64,000 bases of DNA from Octopus sinensis (lineage: Eukaryota), in the NCBI RefSeq assembly GCF_006345805.1, contig NC_043003.1, forward strand, positions 27,156,001 through 27,220,000, read 5' to 3'. This document shows, piece after piece, positions 52,251 through 64,000 of this stretch. Each line of letters starts with the position of its first letter. Within the stretch, counting starts at the first letter, position 1. Made by a program: the position numbers and the translations under genes. The notes under the pieces are model-generated. The model saw nothing but the letters and a program-made list of their open reading frames with translations, did not search any database and was not told the DNA's origin.

Positions 52251-52987
52251 ACACATATACAAATATATATACGTTTATATGGATATAGTATAATCATCTC
52301 GCATAGACCTAAGTAGCGGAAAAATCTCTATTTAAGAACAGTAATAACTTATAAGGGATAAGAGGTTAATAGGTAAGGATATCAAAATAAGAAAACAAAG
52401 TGATAAGAATTTATAGAAAAAATAATACATATAAACTACATTTAAAGAGACAGGGGATTAAAATTTGAGGTAGGGAAGAGATAAAGGTAATCCGAAAAGA
52501 GGAGGTAGTAGGTATGGGCGCAGGGAGGGCAGTTAGAGGTATTCAGACCGAAGAGATTTTATAAATTGTAATGTTACAGCTGCTATGAAAGGGAAGGAGA
52601 GACAGAATAAAGGAGAGAGGTGAGAAAAAGAGAGAGGGAGAGAGGTAGGTGTAAAGAGAGACAAAGGGAGGTAGTGAGAAGCGGGAAAAGAAGGAAGATA
52701 TGAAAGGGAAGGAGAGAGGAGAGAAAAAGAGGAAGGTGTGAAAGAGAGAGAAGAGGAGCAGGTAACGAAGATATGGAGAAAAGTGAAAAACGAAAGATAT
52801 AGAACGAGAGCGTCGCTGTAAGAAAAAAGATCAAGGGAACAAACGATAATCAAGAAAAAGGGTTCGTAACGAATGTGCTAGCGTAAATATTTCAGATAGA
52901 ATGTAAACGAAGAGGTCGTTGTAAGAAAAAGTTAACTGAAAAACGATATTGATAAAAAGAAGAGGTTTCTTAGGGTATTTTCCTGCT

Positions 52988-53398
52988 CTTTACTCTTTTA
53001 CTCTTTTACTTGTTTCAGTCATTTGACTGCGGCCATGCTGGAGCACCGCCTTTAGTCGAGCAAATCGACCCCGGGACTTATTCTTTGTAAGCCCAGTACT
53101 TATTCTATCGGTCTCTTTTGCCGAACCGCTAAGTGACGGGGACGTAAACACACCAGCATCGGTTGTCAGCAATGCTAGGGGGACAAACACAGACACACAA
53201 ACATATACACACACCTTATATTAAACATATATACGACAGGCTTCTTTCAGTTTCCGTCTACCAAATCCACTCACAAGGCATTGGTCGGCCTGGGGCTACA
53301 GCAGAAGACACTTGCCCAAGATGCCACGCAGTGGGACTGAACCCGGAACCATGTGGTTGGTTAGCAAGCTACTTACCACACAGCCACTCCTGCGCCTA
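52988..53398 (-). mobile_element. Full-length SINE family A
   Basis: rc of the 49854 family from head to tail. Confidence 0.93.
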
Positions 53399-53862
53399 TA
53401 CTGTAGATTTTCAAATAGAATGTATACAAACAATACGTCTTAATTCAAATTTTCATCCAGTATTACCAAAGATAAAACAAAATAAACAAAACGAATAGGA
53501 TACTTATTCTCAAGAGGTAAAATTCCAATCTTTGTTCTTGTAGGAAGAAATCTTGTTTCAAAGAAAAATCGATTAAAGTATAAGCACGGCCTCCAATGAA
53601 TGTACGATTTATCACAACGTGCTTTCTTCGAGGATAACACTACCTAGCGTCACTGACTTTAATGAAATAGATAAAACTTTTAATGTAATATATTAAATTT
53701 TTTACGAAAGCATTATAGTAGACCGTTATGAAATAACTGGTACTACGTTATTTTTTTTGTCAGTTTTAGTAGATTTTTCGTCGATTCAGGGAATCTCTCT
53801 TGGTTGTTTCAGTAGCATGACAGGCACGTCTTTGTACCACATCTATACATACATATATATAT

Positions 53863-53900
<38 letters not shown>

Positions 53901-53903
<3 letters not shown>

Positions 53904-54050
53904 CGCAGGAGTGGCTGTGGGGTAAGTAGCTTGCTTACCAACCACATGGTTCCACTGCGTGGCATCTTGGGCAAGTGTCTTCTGCTATAGTGCCGGGCCG
54001 ACCAATCCTTGTGAGTGGATTTGGTAGACGGAAACTGAAAGAAGCCTGTC

Positions 54051-54052
<2 letters not shown>
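53901..54052 (+). mobile_element. SINE family A 5' half ending at its internal (TA)n
   Basis: Head through gaaagaagcctgtcg, then (TA)n and the PLE. Confidence 0.85.
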
Positions 54053-54114
<62 letters not shown>

Positions 54115-54223
54115 AAAAGTGAAAAAACTACAGAAGGCTTAAAGGTTAAAAAATATATATATTTGCGTCAATATGTCTGAAGAATATTAAAATTTTTTTT
54201 TCCTTACAATGACATAGTTTAGA

Positions 54224-54260
54224 AGAAAGACCGGTTTCGCGTTTAGCTTTTCAAATTTCT
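54224..54260 (-). ncRNA. Variant minimal hammerhead in the PLE 3' terminal region
   Basis: rc agaaat TTGAAAA GC-taaac-GC GAAAC CG GTC tttct. Core departs from CUGANGA. Confidence 0.5.
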
Positions 54261-54317
54261 TACGACGTTATATTTATGTTGAATAGAGTTATCGTTATGT
54301 TTATGTTTAAAAGAGTT

Positions 54318-56650
54318 CTAAATAAGGGGAGGTAATGAGTGATTTCTTCCGGTGTAAGGGAGATAATCGCTTAAATTTTTTTTCCCTTTCTCTTGGTGTG
54401 AATTTCTCTGTATCAGTATGTTGGCATGGTTAAGTCTGGGCTTGTACTTTTCAATGAAGAATGTTTCCTTCTTTAGTCTAATTTGTGTTGATGATCCGAT
54501 AGAACATTGGTAAAATGGAAAGATTAAAAATTGTGGTAGTAGTTGCTTTGCGCATTTCTCAATGTGCTCACTAAAAATTATCATTCTGTATTCTGGGAAT
54601 GCAATCTGTTGTCGATGCAGTGTGCATCTACGTCTGAGTGATAGTCCCGTGGATCCCACGTAGTCTTGGTGGCAGCCCGAGCATTTTATGACATAAATTA
54701 TGTTTTCAGAGGCACAAGTAAAGTTAGATTTGATCTTGAATTTTTGTCCCTCTTTAAAGAGGAATTCTGATCCTTCTAGCAGGTTTGGACATGTTGCACA
54801 GTTCGATCTACCACATTCTTTTACTTTTGCATCCGTAATTTCAGAAAACAATTTTGCCTTTGTGAGAATCTTTTTAAGTGATTTAGGTTGTTTGTAGCTT
54901 TTAATGATTTGGTGTATGTTTAGAATTTCCTTTAATTTGGGGTCCTTATGAAGTATTGGTAAATTCTGGGTGATGATGGTGAAGGCTTCTTTGTTTCTGG
55001 GGTTGTATGTAGATATGTAAGGTAGTATTTTCGGGGAAGGTGTGTTATTGTGTTGAAATTTTCTTAAAGTTTCTATGTTGATTTCTGTTGCACGTCTGAT
55101 CCCATCCTCTATGAGTTGAGCTGGGTAATGTCTGTCAATTAGGGTGTTTTTGAGTTCTTGCAGTCTAAAGTTCCTGGTATTTTGTTCTGACACTATTGTG
55201 CATATCCTTCTTGCAAGGTTGAAGGGGATGTTTGTTTTAGTGTGTCTTGGGTGGCATGAATTAAAAAGAAGGTATTGCTTGGCGTCTGTGGCTTTGTAAA
55301 AAATGTCTGTTTCTATTTTAAGGTTAATTTTTTTAATTAGTATATCCAAGAACGGGAGCTCCTTTTGGTTGTATTCCATTGTGAACTGTACATTTGGGTT
55401 TGTGCTGTTCAATAGGTTTTTAAATTTTAGGAGTTTATCTGTGTTTTCATTCCAGAGTATAAAACAATCGTCTAAGAATCGTTTCCAATTCTCTTTTATG
55501 TATTGAGAAAGGGGGTTTCCAAAGATTGATAAAGATTCCTGGTAAATGATTATTTCCATGTAGCCCATTGTTAGGTTCGCAATGACTGGTGCTGCCCTTG
55601 TACCCATAGCAATTCCGGATTTTTGATGGTAAAATGTATTGTCAAACATGAAGTGGTTATTATGTAGGATGAATTCAATTGATTTAGTAATGAATTCTTT
55701 ACCGATCCTTTTTGGTATTTCTTCCGGAAATTGGTCCAGCCAGAACTGTATTGCCTCTAGTCCATAATTATGAGGTATACTGGTATATAAGTTAACTACA
55801 TCAAATGAAACCAGGATTGTTTCTTCCTTGGCTTTTTTTTTGGAAGGTGGTTTAACATATCTAAGTCATCTCTGATATGGCTATCGATATGTTTAAGGAA
55901 GGGTTTCAGGAGGATGTCCATAAATAGACTTAGTCTGTGTGTTTCACAGGTTGGGCCAGCTACAATGGGTCGTAGTTTTAGGTCCCCCGGGTTAGGTGTG
56001 TGTATGTATGTCTTTGGTGATTTTTTAATGGTTTCATTTATAATTTGGCTTTTATGAATTTTTGGCAGACCATAGAAAAGGCTAGGTTTGCATTTAAAGT
56101 TTGTTAGAAAGTCAATCCCTTTGGTTGTTAGTTCCTTTTCATGGGTTTTAATTAGTGAAGATAGAGTTTTCATTATTTTTTGTGGGGTGTAGTTGGTAAT
56201 TTTTTCATAATGTAGGTCGTCATCAAGCAAGGAAATTACAAGATTTCTATAGTATGATGTATCCATTATTACAACTGCATTTACCTTGTCTGCTTCCTTA
56301 ATGGTTATATCCTCATCATTTTAAAGTTCTATCAGTTCCTTCCATTGTGTAGTGTTAAAATTTGAGTTAACTTTCTGTTTATGTATAGTATGGTAGGGAA
56401 AGTTCTCAATGTGGTTACAGAATTCATCAAGATCTTTATTTCTTCCTCTGTGTGGGATGTGTTCACTTTTGTTCTTGACTAGTGATTCATCTTCAGTATT
56501 GAAACTGGTTGATGCTTCTGCTAGTCTTAATTTTCTGCAAAATTCTGTTATATTATCCTTGATTTCATTTAGGTTGGCTCTGCGTGGAGTTGGTGTAAAT
56601 TTGAGCCCTTTTGAGAGGATGTCAATTTTTATGTTAGAAAGAGGTTTGGT
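54318..56650 (-). pseudogene. PLE RT-GIY-YIG polyprotein, 5'-truncated, with one stop (~56321) and one frameshift (A-run ~55835)
   Basis: LSKGLKFTPTP, IKEADK, FYGLPKIHK, LRPIVAG, LVSFDVVNLYTSIP, GIAMGTRAAP, RFLDD, LPFLDI, CxxC and NIIYVIKC..C.QDYVGST. Confidence 0.93.
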
Positions 56651-57145
56651 TGAAAGGACAGAAATTCAAGATCAAATCTAACTTTACTTGTGCCTCTGAA
56701 AACATAATTTATGTCATAAAATGCTCGGGCTGCCACCAAGACTACGTGGGATCCACGGGACTATCACTCAGACGTAGATGCACACTGCATCGACAACAGA
56801 TTGCATTCCCAGAATACAGAATGATAATTTTTAGTGAGCACATTGAGAAATGCGCAAAGCAACTACTACCACAATTTTTAATCTTTCCATTTTACCAATG
56901 TTCTAATCGGATCATCAACACAAATTAGACTAAAGAAGGAAACATTCTTCATTGAAAAGTACAAGCCCAGACTTAACCATGCCAACATACTGATACAGAG
57001 AAATTCACACCAAGAGAAAGGGAAAAAAAATTTAAGCGATTATCTCCCTTACACCGGAAGAAATCACTCATTACCTCCCCTTATTTAGAACTCTTTTAAA
57101 CATAAACATAACGATAACTCTATTCAACATAAATATAACGTCGTA

Positions 57146-57182
57146 AGAAATTTGAAAAGCTAAACGCGAAACCGGTCTTTCT
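57146..57182 (+). ncRNA. Variant minimal hammerhead in the inverted PLE arm
   Basis: Exact rc of 54224-54260. Confidence 0.5.
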
Positions 57183-57343
57183 TCTAAACTATGTCATTGT
57201 AAGGAAAAAAAAATTTTAATATTCTTCAGACATATTGACGCAAATATATATATTTTTTAACCTTTAAGCCTTCTGTAGTTTTTTCACTTTTTACTATTTT
57301 CTATATATTCAACCACGTGCTTTCACAAACCAACTTTCTTATC

Positions 57344-57420
<77 letters not shown>

Positions 57421-57459
57421 ATATGTGTATATATATGTATATATAATGTATATATATGT

Positions 57460-57491
<32 letters not shown>

Positions 57492-57714
57492 GTATATACA
57501 TACATATATATACACAAATATACTTATATATATACATATATATATACACATATATACACATATATATACATATATATTTATATAGATATATAACATATAT
57601 ATTATATATATATGTATATATATATATATACATGCATATATATATATTATATATATATGTATATACATACATATATATACATGTAGATATATATATATAT
57701 ATTTAAATATATGT

Positions 57715-57886
57715 AGGCGCGGGAGTGGCTGTGTGGTAAGTAGCTTGCTTACCAACCACATGGTTCCGGGTTAAGTCTCACTGTGTGGCATCTTGGGCAA
57801 GTGTCTTCTACTATAGCCTCGGGCTGACCAAAGCCTTGTGAGTGGATTTGGTAGGCGGAAACTGAAAGAAGCCCGTCGTATATATG

Positions 57887-57919
<33 letters not shown>

Positions 57920-58133
57920 ATGAGTGTTTGTGTCTGTGTTTAGCCCCCCCCCCCATCACTTGACAACCGATGCTGGTGTGTTTACGTCCCCGTCAACTAG
58001 CGGTTCGGCTAAAGAGACTGATAGAATAAGTACTAGGCTTACAAAGAATAAGTCCTGGGGTTGATTTGCTCGACCAAACGCGCTGCTCTAGCATGGCCAC
58101 AGTCAAATGACTGAAACAAGTAAAAGAGTAAAG
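57715..58133 (+). mobile_element. Full-length SINE family A
   Basis: Head, internal (TG)n and tail as at 49854. Confidence 0.92.
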
Positions 58134-58137
58134 ATTA

Positions 58138-59071
58138 TATGTCTACAAGAAAAAACTCTCATCTCTCGAATTTAAGATAGAACTATATATTTTCATAATT
58201 ATACAAGATTCTGCTATGCATGAAAGACAAGTTCTATTGCTAATCCTAAAGAAGGAGCGGAAGAAATAATATTCCAAAGAATTGAGAAATTTATGTTATC
58301 TCTTTTTAGTTGCCAGACCTCTTTTGAAAGGGTGGTACTATTTTCTTTTCGAGGGTCATTGAAAGATGATTTATGGTTATTCAATCGGAATTTAAAAGTG
58401 CTCTGTGTACAACTTATATAATTAAACTTGGAGAAATCATGGGTTATAACAGTAGCTTTATATACTACATTTTTCTTTTTACAGTTACCTTTAACCTCAC
58501 AGGTATTTGGTTTTCTACAGTTACAATTATTACTAATATTAGGACATTCTATTGTTATGTGTATATGTATTAATGGAGATGGGGTAATGTGATTATGAGA
58601 GTTGTTGTTATTAGATACGGAGCTATTGGAATAATTGGGGTAAATATTTGTAGTAGAGGAAGTTAATTCGTTGTAGCAATGGTTTAATCTTCTATTGTTA
58701 AAAGAGGAAATAATCCTAAATAGGTTAGGAGAAACGGAAAAACCAAATCTAATAATTTTGTTATCAAATATTTTAGCATTTCTAGAGTTACTAAAGTTTA
58801 ATTTCATAATGGATCGAACAGATTTGATAAAATTAGACTTTAAGTGTTTAGCAAAAGGAAATATAAACCAAATTATGATATTGTTGCTTTTCTTATTGGT
58901 GTGGTGGTTTGTATTAGGTAGGTTACCTATTCGAATATATGGTATAGGTTTCTTTTTACTTCTAATATTATTATTTCTAACATTATTAAAATTGGTTACG
59001 TAGTTATGTAAGTTATTGATAGGATGTGACGAAATAGGAGAGGATTCGTTTGCAAAGTGATTTTGTTTCAT
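58138..59071 (-). pseudogene. Second-lineage PLE C-terminal fragment (GIY-YIG)
   Basis: ORF 58214-59071: CNCRKPNTCEVKGNC..NVVYKATV...YISCT..TFKFRLNNHKSSF...TTLSKEVWQLK...ILWNII. LNSRDE..CRH remnant downstream. Confidence 0.8.
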
Positions 59072-59506
59072 GTTACAATTTATATAAATTTTTTCTCCTA
59101 ATTATTGTGCCTATTAGGTATATCATTGAAAATATTATTGAGAGAATTAAGTTGCATGTATGCATAAATATGTATGTGTATGTATACATATACTTATATA
59201 TGTGTATATTTATATATATATGTATATATATATAAAAATTTAGCAATTAAGGACAACTACTTAATAAGGAAAACTTAACAAGAAATTGTCAGGTAGATAG
59301 CGTAAAAACCTCATAAGAGAAAAAATTTCGAAAATAATTATTTCTTATTGAACATATTAATTTATATATAGAGGGCATTATACATACATGCCAGAAGGCA
59401 TTATACATACATGCCAAACGCTAAGAGGACAATTAGTCATTTCTACCAAAAATATTACTAATCCCACCGAATGCAATTTTTCAAAGTAAGACATTTAAAA
59501 AAATAT

Positions 59507-59554
59507 AGACCTGTATCACAGTGATTTCATACTTACGTACTCATCAGCAGGCCT
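59507..59554 (-). ncRNA. Type I hammerhead (left arm)
   Basis: Exact rc of 59868-59915. Confidence 0.9.
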
Positions 59555-59867
59555 GAATGTATTATAAATAAACAACGACCCTGCCCCGCTTAAGCCGATC
59601 AGCTAACTGTTCAACATCAACGAAGCACATGGGTGAGTTTACATATATTACATCCGGATAAATGGCAAACTTTTACGAATTGCATTTCGGGAGAGGAAAA
59701 GTTTTTTCGGAATAAAAATTTAGCAATTAAGGACAACTACTTAATGTAAAAGTTTGCCATTTATCCGGATGTAATATATGTAAACTCACCCATGTGCTTC
59801 GTTGATGTTGAACAGTTAGCTGATCGGCTTAAGCGGGGCAGGGTCGTTGTTTATTTATAATACATTC

Positions 59868-59915
59868 AGGCCTGCTGATGAGTACGTAAGTATGAAATCA
59901 CTGTGATACAGGTCT
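59868..59915 (+). ncRNA. Type I hammerhead (right arm)
   Basis: aggcctg CTGATGA GTAC-gtaa-GTAT GAAA TCAC-t-GTGA TA caggtct. Canonical core, 7-bp stem I, AUA site. Confidence 0.9.
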
Positions 59916-60061
59916 ATATTTTTTTAAATGTCTTACTTTGAAAAATTGCATTCGGTGGGATTAGTAATATTTTTGGTAGAAATGACTAATTGTCCCTCTT
60001 AGCGTTTGGCATGTATGTATAATGCTTTCTGGCATGTATGTATAATGCCCTCTATATATAA

Positions 60062-60097
<36 letters not shown>

Positions 60098-60565
60098 TGT
60101 TGTGTATATATATATGTTGTATATATATGTGCGTGTGTATATATATATGCGTATATGTATATATATATATACATGCATATATACATATATGTGTATGTAT
60201 ATATTTATATGTGTATGTGTATATATGTATACATATATATATATATATATGTGTATATATATGTGTGTATGTTTATATATATGTGTGTGTGTACATATAT
60301 AAATATATATGTGTGTATATATATATATATATGTGTGTGTGTGTGCATATATATATATATCTGTATATATATATACATTTCTTGTTTTCTTTAAATTTTG
60401 ATTTTTGATAAACCCATGTTTATCCTTGTCTTTACCTATAACTTATCAACTTAATATGTTTGTATATGTATGCACATGATTATATTTAGGTAGTGTAATG
60501 GATACTTCTATCCCTTACACGGTTATTTTAACTTCTAACTCAACTACCCTATACACATATATATG

Positions 60566-60652
<87 letters not shown>

Positions 60653-60663
60653 CCGGTAGTAAA

Positions 60664-60876
60664 CACATAAATGTGAAACAAGGAGGAAAAAAGAGTACTC
60701 AAATACCAGTGGTAGAGTAATATGCTTTATTTAAAGCAGTAGAAAATTCAACAAAACCTGTTACTCTGAGTTTCACGTTCCCGTTCATCGGACAGTTTTT
60801 GCTAGAATAGAATAGAACGGGAATGTGAAACTCAGAGTAACAGGTTTTGTTGAATTTTCTGCTGCTTTAAATAAAG
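60664..60876. mobile_element. Hammerhead mini-element of the 45036 family, opposite orientation, with 62-bp inverted arms (60725-60786 / 60815-60876)
   Basis: Tail 60665-60724 is the rc of 45241-45300. Embedded in (TA)n. Confidence 0.88.
60758..60795 (-). ncRNA. Minimal type I hammerhead
   Basis: rc ctgt CCGATGA ACG-ggaa-CGT GAAAC TCAGA GTA acag. Confidence 0.8.
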
Positions 60877-60980
<104 letters not shown>

Positions 60981-61079
60981 TATATATACATACACCCTCA
61001 TATATATATATATACACCACACATATATATACATATATATACACAAATACACATATATACAGATACACACACATTCACA

Positions 61080-61115
<36 letters not shown>

Positions 61116-61127
61116 TGTATGTATGTG

Positions 61128-61311
61128 TGGTGAGTTCTGAAGAGGAAGATATATCAATGGACGGCAGTTTTCAACGAAAGATGCGCTCTGGGAAGCTATT
61201 GTGGATGCTGCTGACAGGATTACTCCAGATGAAATAGGTACCTTGACAAATTCAATGGATAAACGCGTCGGGAACGTTCTCTCATGTGGAGGATCATACC
61301 TCCTTCATTAA
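61128..61311 (+). pseudogene. Tc1-family transposase C-terminal fragment
   Basis: VLKRKIY / [48 protein letters not shown]. Confidence 0.75.
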
Positions 61312-62055
61312 GAACTTTATGACGTCATATTTCTTGTATTATTTGCAATGAAACATATTGTTATGTTCATTATAAAGTCTGTTATTATCGTATTTGTTGT
61401 TGTAAATTAATTGTCGCATTAAATAAACGTTTGTTTTTGCATAATTATCATTTTTATTAGACCTACCTAATTATTTAGGACAGTAAAAACGATGCCTATT
61501 AATAAAAATGGCCGATGTTTCTTTATGAATGGATGGATCAGATTTATGTTGGTACAGTACATGCAGGTAAGTGTTATCGTTATGCAGTGGAAAAATATCT
61601 GGAACCGAACGGATAAATACTCTGTTATTTCGAAAAAAAATGGCCTGTCTAATAATTTGGCACGCAGTGTATTTCTATATTTTCCTGGATTGTTTGTGTA
61701 CCTAAAACCAAAGATCTTCATGACGGTGCCTAAAATCCAAATATCACCTCCATTTTCCTTCACAATGCTCGAGTCTATATGAAGCTATGGTGTCACGCAG
61801 TGTTATCGAACTTGGAATTTATTACTTTCAAGCAAACTTCTAAACACTTCAGACGTGCTACGTCCAAACAACAAAAATAAATATGGCGAATTAATCTATA
61901 AATATTTAATCTATTTAACTGATTTATCAATATTCGTCAAAGCCTCCTATCTTAAAAGTGACTTATTGAGATCAATACAATGTTGTTCACATACACATCT
62001 GGTCGCATATCCACACTTCACACATATACAACACTTACACATACGCACATTCATA

Positions 62056-62097
<42 letters not shown>

Positions 62098-62294
62098 ACA
62101 TACACACACTTTTCCAGGCGTTGTGACACGTGTGTGGCCTGCTCAACATGGGATGGTACAGCAGCATATGCACATATACACATGCTTACAATAACACACA
62201 CACTCACATCCAGGCTCACATACTCGTCTATACACATACGCACGCACGCGGGTACACACGCACATACACAAATTGAAAGCCGATGCAATCTTTT

Positions 62295-62867
62295 TGTTTG
62301 TTTCAGTTATTAGGCTGCGGCCATGCTGGGACACCGCCTTGAAGAATTATTAGTCGAATAAATCGACCCCAGTACTTATTTTTTGAAAAGTCTGGTACAT
62401 ATTTTATCGCTTTCTTTTGCCAAACTGCAAAGTTACGGGGACATGATCACACCAGCACATGTTGTTAAGCGGTGGCGGGGAACAAAAGCAGACACAAAGA
62501 TATATATATAATATTTGCCAACTAAATGTGGCGGTCCCATAGAGGACGATGTTACTGTTGTTTTTAGCCCCAGGAAAACATCTCATCCAGCTGACTGACG
62601 GCACACTCTGTCCGATTAGTATTTGCGAGGACAGGTGATCGCTCTCATCTCTAGCCTTACATGATACACACAGACCCGGGTTTCCGATTAGTTATATATA
62701 TATATACGACGGGCTTCTTTCAGTTTCCGTCAACCAAATACACTCACACGGTTTTGGTCGGCCCGAGGCTATAGTAGAGGAAGTTCCATGCAGTGTGACT
62801 GAACTTGGAACCCCGGAACCATGTGTTTGGGAAGCAAGCCTCTTAATACATAGCCACGCCTGCGCCT
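62295..62867 (-). mobile_element. Degenerate SINE family A split by an internal insertion
   Basis: 3' half at 62295-62500 and 5' half at 62706-62867. Confidence 0.75.
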
Positions 62868-62939
62868 AAAATTAGATTTGAAAGAAATTATTTCAGTCTC
62901 CCTGACTTGTGTATTTGTCTGCATCTAAATTTATTAAAT

Positions 62940-63319
62940 TTATTAGCGAAGGCGGAGGTATTGTCTTCAGTCGTGTTTGCTTGTTCGTTTGTTTGCCCTC
63001 GGACACCGTTGACAAGATATTTCAAGAACCGTGGGATGGATTCGGATGAAACTTTCAGGGATGTCTGGCCGTGTGATTTGCACGAGCTGAATAGATATGG
63101 GGATCGATCTGGTACCGGACATGGATCCTGGATTACTTTTCCTGATTTTATTTTTTACTTAATTTTTGAGAGCGGTCGGGTTCATTTTTAGTATTCTCGT
63201 TTATGAGAGCAGCCGAGTTTATTTCAGATATTCTCATTTTAAAAATCATCTCTGGCTAATCGTTGAGGAGACGTTGGTGTTGTCTTGGCGGAGGTTTGCG
63301 CTATCTGAGCGCTCTTGTT
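62940..63319 (+). mobile_element. Helentron-associated (HINE/DINE-like) non-autonomous element
   Basis: ttatta...aggcggaggtattgt start, (gttt)n, tggattcggatgaaacttt motif, and end cttggcggaggttt plus hairpin gcgct-atctg-agcgc then tcttgtt. Confidence 0.6.
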
Positions 63320-63814
63320 TATTACTGCTTCCAGTATCTTTTGATTGGCCCTGCCATATGACTGTCTCCGTCAGTAATTTGATGATTCCCATAAACCTTG
63401 ATTTATATGGTTTCCAATCCTGTTTGTTCTTGTTTTTAATGAATGACAGCAATAGATTTTATGGGGTATACTTTTGCTTTTGGGTTTAGTGTATGTATGT
63501 GAGTGTAAGCATGTGTGTGTGTGAGCGCGCGCATGTGTGGTGTATGAGTGTGTGTCTTCGCGTGTATGTGTGTAAAAGTTTGAATCCTGGATTCTCCATG
63601 ATGTCCCAGTATGTATGATCATGCGTTAGTTTTCTCTATCATATATGAATACACGATTGTATTATACACCGTTTAAAATGTACGAATATAATTTGTAATG
63701 TTGAAATCAATACTACTGTGTGCAGATAACGAAGCGGCAGTAGCCATATAAAAATCATATGGGAATATTAAATTCGTGTTCACCTCTCATACCGCCTAAT
63801 TGTATTCTTATGTT

Positions 63815-64000
63815 CTTTTATTCTTTTACTTGTCTCAGTCATTTGACTGTGGCGATACTGGAGCACCACAAATCGACTCGAGGACTTATTCTTTGTAACC
63901 CTAGTACTTATTTGATCGGTCTCTTTTGCCGAACCTCTAAGTTACGGGAACGCAAACACACCAGCACTGGTTGTCAAGCGGTCATAGTGGGGACAAACAC
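63815..64000 (-). mobile_element. SINE family A 3' part (runs off the window)
   Basis: ttttattcttttacttgtctcagtcatttgactg... matches 52990 onward. Confidence 0.85.

Larger units (their letters stand above)
54111..57343 (-). mobile_element. Penelope-like retroelement with a 640-bp inverted terminal duplication, inserted in (TA)n
   Basis: Arms 54111-54749 and 56656-57295 are near-exact rc. RT and GIY-YIG ORF lie on the minus strand. (TA)n on both flanks. Confidence 0.93.
59232..60063. mobile_element. Fold-back hammerhead mini-element: ~317-bp inverted arms (59360-59676 / 59746-60063) with a 69-bp spacer
   Basis: Arms are near-exact rc. The spacer carries a direct copy (59712-59745) of the element end (59232-59265). 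Flanked by TA-rich repeats. Confidence 0.9.

Noticed and set aside
53901-58133. A single SINE split by the Penelope-like insertion
   Set aside because: The downstream SINE at 57715 has its own complete head, so it is not the missing 3' half.

Overview
AT-rich, microsatellite- and retroelement-dense eukaryotic genomic DNA. The SINE and LINE families look like those of octopus/coleoid cephalopods (inference from recall, not searched). There is no intact cellular gene ORF, and nearly all ORF-track entries are microsatellite read-through or antisense artefacts. Supported content: (i) three tRNA-headed SINE families in many copies; (ii) 5'-truncated R4/Dong-like REL-endonuclease LINEs nested in (TAA)n arrays, plus CR1/L2-like and L1/Tx1-like relics; (iii) a nearly complete Penelope-like element (PLE; RT + GIY-YIG) with a 640-bp inverted terminal duplication and two further PLE fragments; (iv) Tc1, mariner/pogo-type MITE, Helitron and Helentron-type non-autonomous relics; (v) several candidate + strand micro-exons, suggesting the window is mostly intron. 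The most striking signal is a dense set of about 17 type I hammerhead ribozyme (HHR) motifs, intact and degenerate. They sit in small non-coding modules inserted in (TA)n. Several are perfect fold-back palindromes, several have unusually long stem II, and three are spaced 1,356 nt apart in a tandem array (retrozyme-like). Intact unmasked HHRs are on the minus strand, while plus-strand copies are broken or preceded by their own antisense arm. All coordinates and folds were read by eye, and some duplications may be assembly artefacts.
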